DNA of 61,315 bases, filler included. It is 6 parts of 6 records of this genome, joined end to end, with 100 filler letters (N's around TTAATTAATTAA, not from the genome) between each part and the next. Parts side by side here need not be neighbours in the genome. Positions count along the whole stretch, not along the records: positions 52,037 to 61,315 come from SRR7504441_895; 5 more parts are not named here. One strand, written 5' to 3'. The notes under the pieces are model-generated. The model had not been told where the DNA came from. It saw nothing but the letters and a program-made list of their open reading frames with translations, and made no database searches. Of the stretch, positions 56,020 to 61,315 are shown one piece after another. How positions within the stretch are numbered: the stretch's first letter is position 1; the number at the start of each line of letters is the position of its first letter. The translations under genes and the position numbers were made by a program.

Positions 56020-56643
56020 TTACTTGGTGGTCTTCCGTGTGAACTCGCCGGTGTGGCTCCCCCGGGCCCACCGCTCCTTGTAGCTGCGCAGGAACCTTAC
56101 TACCTGATCGGCCCCGCAGTACTCGGCAATCTCCAACGGCGACTGTCCATCCTGCCCGGCCTCGCCAAGAGATGGCCGGAGCATTACAGTGTTGTGCTTG
56201 GACGGGTCGGCCTTGTGCGAGATCATCAACCCGACCGTCCCCATCTGCCCCCCCTCCTCCCCCGCCTCCTCTCTCTACACCCACGTGATCAAACTTGGCT
56301 GCATAGTGCAGCGCCGTCATAGCGTTCTGCCCCAGCCTCTGGCCCCGAGCAGGGCCAGGACTTTCGCCTTGGCAGAGGCCAGGTTCGGATCGGCCCTGTC
56401 GCGCAGGAGCGCCTCCACCATCTCCCACTGCCCCCCAGCTCGCCCGCGCCGCCCCAGCCGGCCGCCTTTTGGTCGGCCGCCAATGCCACCAGCTGCGGGT
56501 CGTTACGAGCCACTGCCCCGGCAGTAACGGCCCGGCCACCCGGCCGACCGACCAGCGTCCCGGTACTCTGAGCCGCACCCGGCCAAGTCCAGCCCGCCCG
56601 CCTCGTCCGCCGCTTCGGCCGAACAACTCTCACACACACCCAT
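56020..56643 (-). CDS. Small ankyrin-repeat protein, intron-rich (start approximate)
   Basis: WEMVEALLRDRADPN, MTALHYAAKFDH and GQSPLEIA; introns 56428-56465 (GC-AG), 56327-56367 (GC-AG) and 56245-56284. Confidence 0.75.
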
Positions 56644-56757
56644 TCACGATTCACCGGTAGATCTCGACTCTACAGTACCGGTAGATCACTGTCGAGTGTA
56701 GACAGCTGTACCTGTACTGCTGTAACTCGAATACGCATAGCATTCGAGGAAATTGAG

Positions 56758-59700
56758 ATGCCCGCTGCCCGGTCCCTTCGCAGCGGCGCGGCTGACGGTG
56801 ACCGCTCGGGATGAGCAGCTCGATGCAGCCAGGGATGCACCAGCTCAGCTTCTCCCGGGTGCTGGACGGCCGCGAGGCCAAGGCCACACCCCGCCGACTG
56901 GCCGAGCCGAGCTCGGGCGCAGGTGGTGGACCCGCAGCTCCTCGAGGACCTGGCCGCCTTCATCACCGAGAAGGAGCTAGCCGGCCAGTCGCTCAGCCTC
57001 AAACTGGCCGAGGCTGGCAAGCGCGAGAAACAGCTCCAGCAGCTGCTCGCCACCGAGCGCTCCGCCCGGCAGGAGATTCAGGTGAAGGCTCAGGCCCGAG
57101 AGCGCGAGGTGCCACGCGCTCGGGGCCGCGCCGGCCAGCCCAGCGCAGATGGCGGAGCTCCGCGTCGAGGCGATGTCGTCCGCGACGGCGGTCGACAGCT
57201 CGATCGAGCTCGCGAAGCTCAGGGAGAAGCTGAAGGCGGCCGAGGACGAGCTGGCCTCGACGCGGCAGCGGCTCAGTGCGACAGAGCAGCTGCTCGGCGA
57301 GGCGCAGCGAGAGAGCGCCGGGCGACAGCGCACAGTGGACGAGCTGCGTGAGGCGATGGGCCGGGTACCGTTGGCGACAGGCGCGCGCTGACAGTGCGGC
57401 AGATGCAGGCGACCGAGTCTGGGCCTGAGCTGCTAGAGCGGGTGAAAGAGCTGGAACGGAGCAATCGGGAGCTTATGGCCGGGCTGATAAAGAAGAATGC
57501 TCAGATCGCCGAGGTTAAGAAGGGCGAGGCCAGTTCCGTACGCTCGGATAAGGCCGCCGCCGACAGGCTGGCGGAGAGCGTCGCACTGCTCGCGCAGCGA
57601 GACGAACAGGCGGGCGGGCGCGCGGCGGGGGGCGATGGCTGGTCAGGTGGTGCGGCTGGAGCGGGAGTTGGGCCAGGCCAGGCGAGGCGGTCAGGAGCAC
57701 TCGGGGCACGTGGCTGCGCTAGAGGCGGATAACAGCAGGCTGCGTGAGGCTTTGCTGGAGGCGAGCAGTCGGGCGAGCGGCCGGCGAACGGCCGGCAGGT
57801 GCGGGGGATGGTGGAAGCGTCGGCGGCCGAGTGGCGGCTCAGTGAAGCTGAGCTGGTCCAGACTCTGCAGGACAAAGCCAGCCAAGTCACGCAGGAGCGA
57901 GCCGTGGTGGCCGCGCTCGAGAGACAGCTGGCCGCCGCGCGCCAGATGACGTTGGAGAAGATCCAGCCGATGCCGGAGTCCCCGGCCAAGTCGGCCTTGA
58001 TCCAGAGCACGGCTGCTGAGGTCGGGCGGGCTGCTGCCAGCTGTGAGCATGTTGGCAGGTCGAGCGGCTGAGTGGGCAGCTGAATGCCGCCGAGGGCTCT
58101 CTCCGGGCGCTCGACGAGGCTCGGGCCCGGCTGGAGACCGAGCTGGCTAGCCGAGAGCTGGAGCTCGAGACCAGTGAGAAGGCCCGCAGGCGGATCTCGC
58201 AGGTGGCTGTCGGGCTGGGTGCGAGTCGACCGGCTGAGGGCAGGAGGGCGCCGAACAGCAGGCGGAGCTGCAGGAGCGAGTGCGGCAGAGTGCGCTGACG
58301 ATAAAGGCCAAACAGTCGAAAATCGACCAGCTGGAGCAGACGCTCAAGCTCGGCTCTCCCGGGCACGTCAGAGTGGAGCTTCAGGCTTGTGGCGGGGGTG
58401 GGTGAGCACGAGCTGTGGGCAGGGTCAGATAGCAGCGCTGGAAGCCCAACTCGGGCAGCTGAATAGGGAGCGGGGACGGGACATCGATGCGCTCCAGGCG
58501 CTGCTGGCTGAGGAGAAGTGCCAGGGCGTGCGGGTGCCAGCTGAACATGGGCAACAGGTCAGCGAGTGCGCAGCTGCAGACGGACAAGCAGCAGATGGAG
58601 CTTGAGCTTGAAGGGGCGATGCAGGAGGCGGCCAGGCAGTTTGCCAGGCACCAGCAGGAGGTCAAGGTGTGCGCACCCCGGGCCAGCCGCTCAGCCCAGG
58701 CCAGCTGCTGGAGGACATGGTGGCCAATAGCCAGTCAGCAGCCGAGGCGATCCAGCAAGCCAAGGCGAGCGAAGTCAGGCTGACCGCAGAGCTCGAGCAG
58801 GCAGCGATCGCCTCATCCCGAGCGTGAGTGGTGGGCAGGCCGAGGGCCTGGTGGTGGCCAAGGAGGCCCAGCTGGCCGAGCTTGAGAAGCTGCTGACCGA
58901 GTCGTCGTCCGACCGGGCACACGATCTTGCGGTGCAGAAGGAGCTCGTTGCGGGGATGGAAGCTAAGCTGGCCGAGGGCGGGCGGGAAGTGCAGCAGCGG
59001 CAGGCCAAGGCAGCTCTGCTGGTCGGGTGCAGGCCTGAGTGTGGGCAGGTTGGTGAACTGGAGAGGCAGCTCACACTGGCACTTGAGAGGGAGCAGCGGA
59101 GCAGCGAGCAGGCAAGCGGGGCGCTGGTGCAGGTCAAAGACCGCGAGGCCGAGCTCAAGACACTCGAGCAGCAGCTGGCCGACCAGCAGGCGCGGTTTGC
59201 CCGGGAGGTCAAGACGCAGCACGAGCTGGAGGCTGCGCTCAGGCTGCGGGTGAGAGGCTGCGGGGTCGAGCTGAGCCTGTGCAGGTGGAGCGGAGCGAGG
59301 AGAAGCTGGCAGGGCACGACCAGGAAAAGGAGCGGCTGGCCTGCGAGCTGCAGTCCGCCCAGCAAGCAATCAGCCAGTCGGTCAGCCTGAGGGACGAGCT
59401 TGAGAAGCAGCTGCAGGCGGCGGTGCGAGCCGAGGGCTGGCTCAGCCGGACAGCGGAGGCAGGTCGAATCGAAGCAGACAATCGAGCACCTGCAGTCTGA
59501 CAAGGTGCCCCGCGCGCAGCCTGGTGGCGAGGCAGACGCCAGGCCAAGAGCGAGCAGCAGCAGCTCGAGGACGCTAAGATCAAGGCGGCTGCGGCGATGG
59601 AGCAGCAGTGCCGGTTGCAGGCCCAGCTGGCCGAGGCAGGAGAGACGCATGCTGCCACCACCAGTTCGATGCAACGGGAGACAGCTTCGCTCAAGCTTGC

Positions 59701-60734
59701 GCTGAGCAAGGCACAGAGTGACGCGGTGCCGTGCAGGTCCTAGGCACGCTGACTGGTGGCAGGCGGCGGTGGCGGCAGAGAGGAAGAGCGAGCGTGCGGC
59801 AGCGGCCGAGGAGCTGAGTAGGTTGCGCAAGCAGGTGGCCCAGCCGGCTGCGAGCCGGGGTGAGTTGGATTGCTAGTTGGTGCAGGCGGAGGCAGCGCTC
59901 ACAGAAGCTGACGCGCGGTCGGCGGCACTGCGGGACGAGAGCATGCCGGGCAAGAGTCACAGTCTGGACTTCTCCTCTAGCAGCAATTCGCTTGCTGGGT
60001 CCGTTCTGGCAGCCAACCCTCAACAGCCGAGCATTGCGCAGCTGCAAGGCTGGCGCGTCGGTGCGGGCCGGGCTGACCATTGGGGGCAGAGTTGGTCGAG
60101 CAGCTTAAGGCGGAGCTGAGCGCGCAGCGAGCCGAGCAGTGGGCCTTGGTATGGCCTGTGAATAACTGCTCGGCGTCACTCGGGCCTCCAGGCTACACAG
60201 AAATTCGGAGCGGCGCACCAGGGCGCTTCGGCTGGGCAGGAGATCCAGGCAAGTTTATTAATTAAGGTCGCGTGTGAGCCGACCGGGCAGGTTAGCGTGG
60301 CAGAGCTCACATTGTTTGTGATCCTAGCCAAAGCGTACGCCGTACAGCAGCTCATCAGTGATGCCCAGATCGGGTCAATTCAACTTGCCCAGCAGCAACG
60401 GATGGGCGCACTGGCTGACCAGATGCTGGCGGCTGCCACCTTCTTGGTGCAGGTGAGCCGGTGACTGTGGTCCGGCTGGTGATCAGTGCGGGTACAGAGC
60501 CTGCTGGAACAACCGGTCACTGAGCTTGAACGAGTGACTGTGCGTCTGGACATGAACGGTCGCGGCTCGCATGAATCGGGTTGATTAGAATGGGGGGCAG
60601 AGCTGGCCGAGGCCGAACTATCGGTGGATGAAAGCGAGCGGGAGCCGCCGGTACCCGAGCCGTCCGAGGATCAGTACACATGCTCGCCAACTGCAATTGT
60701 GTCTCTATTGCTGCTTAATCTTGCGCCGAGCTGA
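56758..60734 (+). CDS. Large intron-rich coiled-coil protein
   Basis: Continuous heptad-rich exons (LREKLKAAEDELASTRQRL, LERVKELERSNREL, LEQQLADQQ) interrupted by many ~35-50 nt introns. Confidence 0.65.
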
Positions 60735-60889
60735 GAGAAGTTAAAAATTAAATAAATCATAGCATTTGTATGAATCTATACAAAGCATTTGGCTGACAGG
60801 TCCCTGTTAATTATAACCCTAAGCTCAGTAAGCTGACATGATTGTGGGCAGGCTAGGCAGACAAGGATTGGATTAGTACTTAATTATTT

Positions 60890-61315
60890 AAGACTCTTCA
60901 GTGAGGTACGCAATCTTGTCTGTCGAAGGCAAGGATGCGGCCATGCGCGAGATGCTGTCGCTCGACAAAGCCTGCATGCACCAGGCTCACCAACAAAGTG
61001 CTAGAGCCTACATCACCCGGGACATAATCTCGTCAGGAACAAGCTGGGGTGGCTTGTCGAAACTTTTCCCCTCATTGATCTCCTCAATGAGGCGCGTTGC
61101 CATTTGCAAATGGAACTGCAGCTGGGAGTTGACTTCAAGCACTGCAGAGATGTACCTGCCCCTCTTGTTTGGGACACTCGTGGCCCAAGCTACGCACGAT
61201 AAAGCCTTGAGTGGTACCTTTCCTTTTTCAACTGCTTGGTCGAAATGCTTCTTACACAACTTCTTACCTTGGGGTGAATCCTCGTGGCAGCCCTTGGCCA
61301 TACACCTCTTACTGC
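60890..61315 (-). CDS. 3' part of an unknown gene running off the window
   Basis: ORF 61008..61301 is open to the window edge; probable intron near 60980-61016 and a stop before the AT-rich spacer. Confidence 0.45.

Noticed and set aside
1174-56465. Active introner family
   Set aside because: The introns compared share length and branch motif but no extended sequence similarity
564-60265. Numerous long antisense or overlapping ORFs (e.g. 564..1316, 32211..33116, 47355..48215, 52896..54008, 58775..59830)
   Set aside because: Shadow frames of GC-rich coding DNA opposite recognisable genes; Arg/Pro/Ala-rich with no motifs

Overview
This is eukaryotic DNA from a compact, GC-rich genome, most likely a unicellular protist; the lineage cannot be fixed from sequence alone. 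The window is six separate contigs joined by artificial 100-nt N44-TTAATTAATTAA-N44 linkers, so only genes on the same contig are real neighbours. About 27 genes can be reconstructed once tiny (mostly 37-50 nt) spliceosomal introns are removed; many use GC-AG boundaries and lack a polypyrimidine tract. Recognisable genes are RPL3, PIG-T, a PRMT, a DUSP, a DnaJ, a START-like protein, an EGF-repeat membrane protein and several coiled-coil proteins. Strongest leads: (1) an intronless Asp/Glu-racemase + D-amino-acid-oxidase fusion next to a DUF2062 membrane gene and a bacterial-type LarA/DUF362 isomerase-like gene; (2) a ~1780-aa NLR-like RWD-DUF4062-NACHT-WD40-WWE protein, head-to-head with a HIT-like DUF3605 gene; (3) a stand-alone degenerate DEAD-box C-terminal domain, an ankyrin/EF-hand protein with half a calpain core, and a tandem dCache-like sensor with no output domain; (4) very short bidirectional promoters with a recurrent YAACGG motif, and an intron inside the RPL3 start codon. 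Family assignments come from motif recognition by eye; no searches were run.
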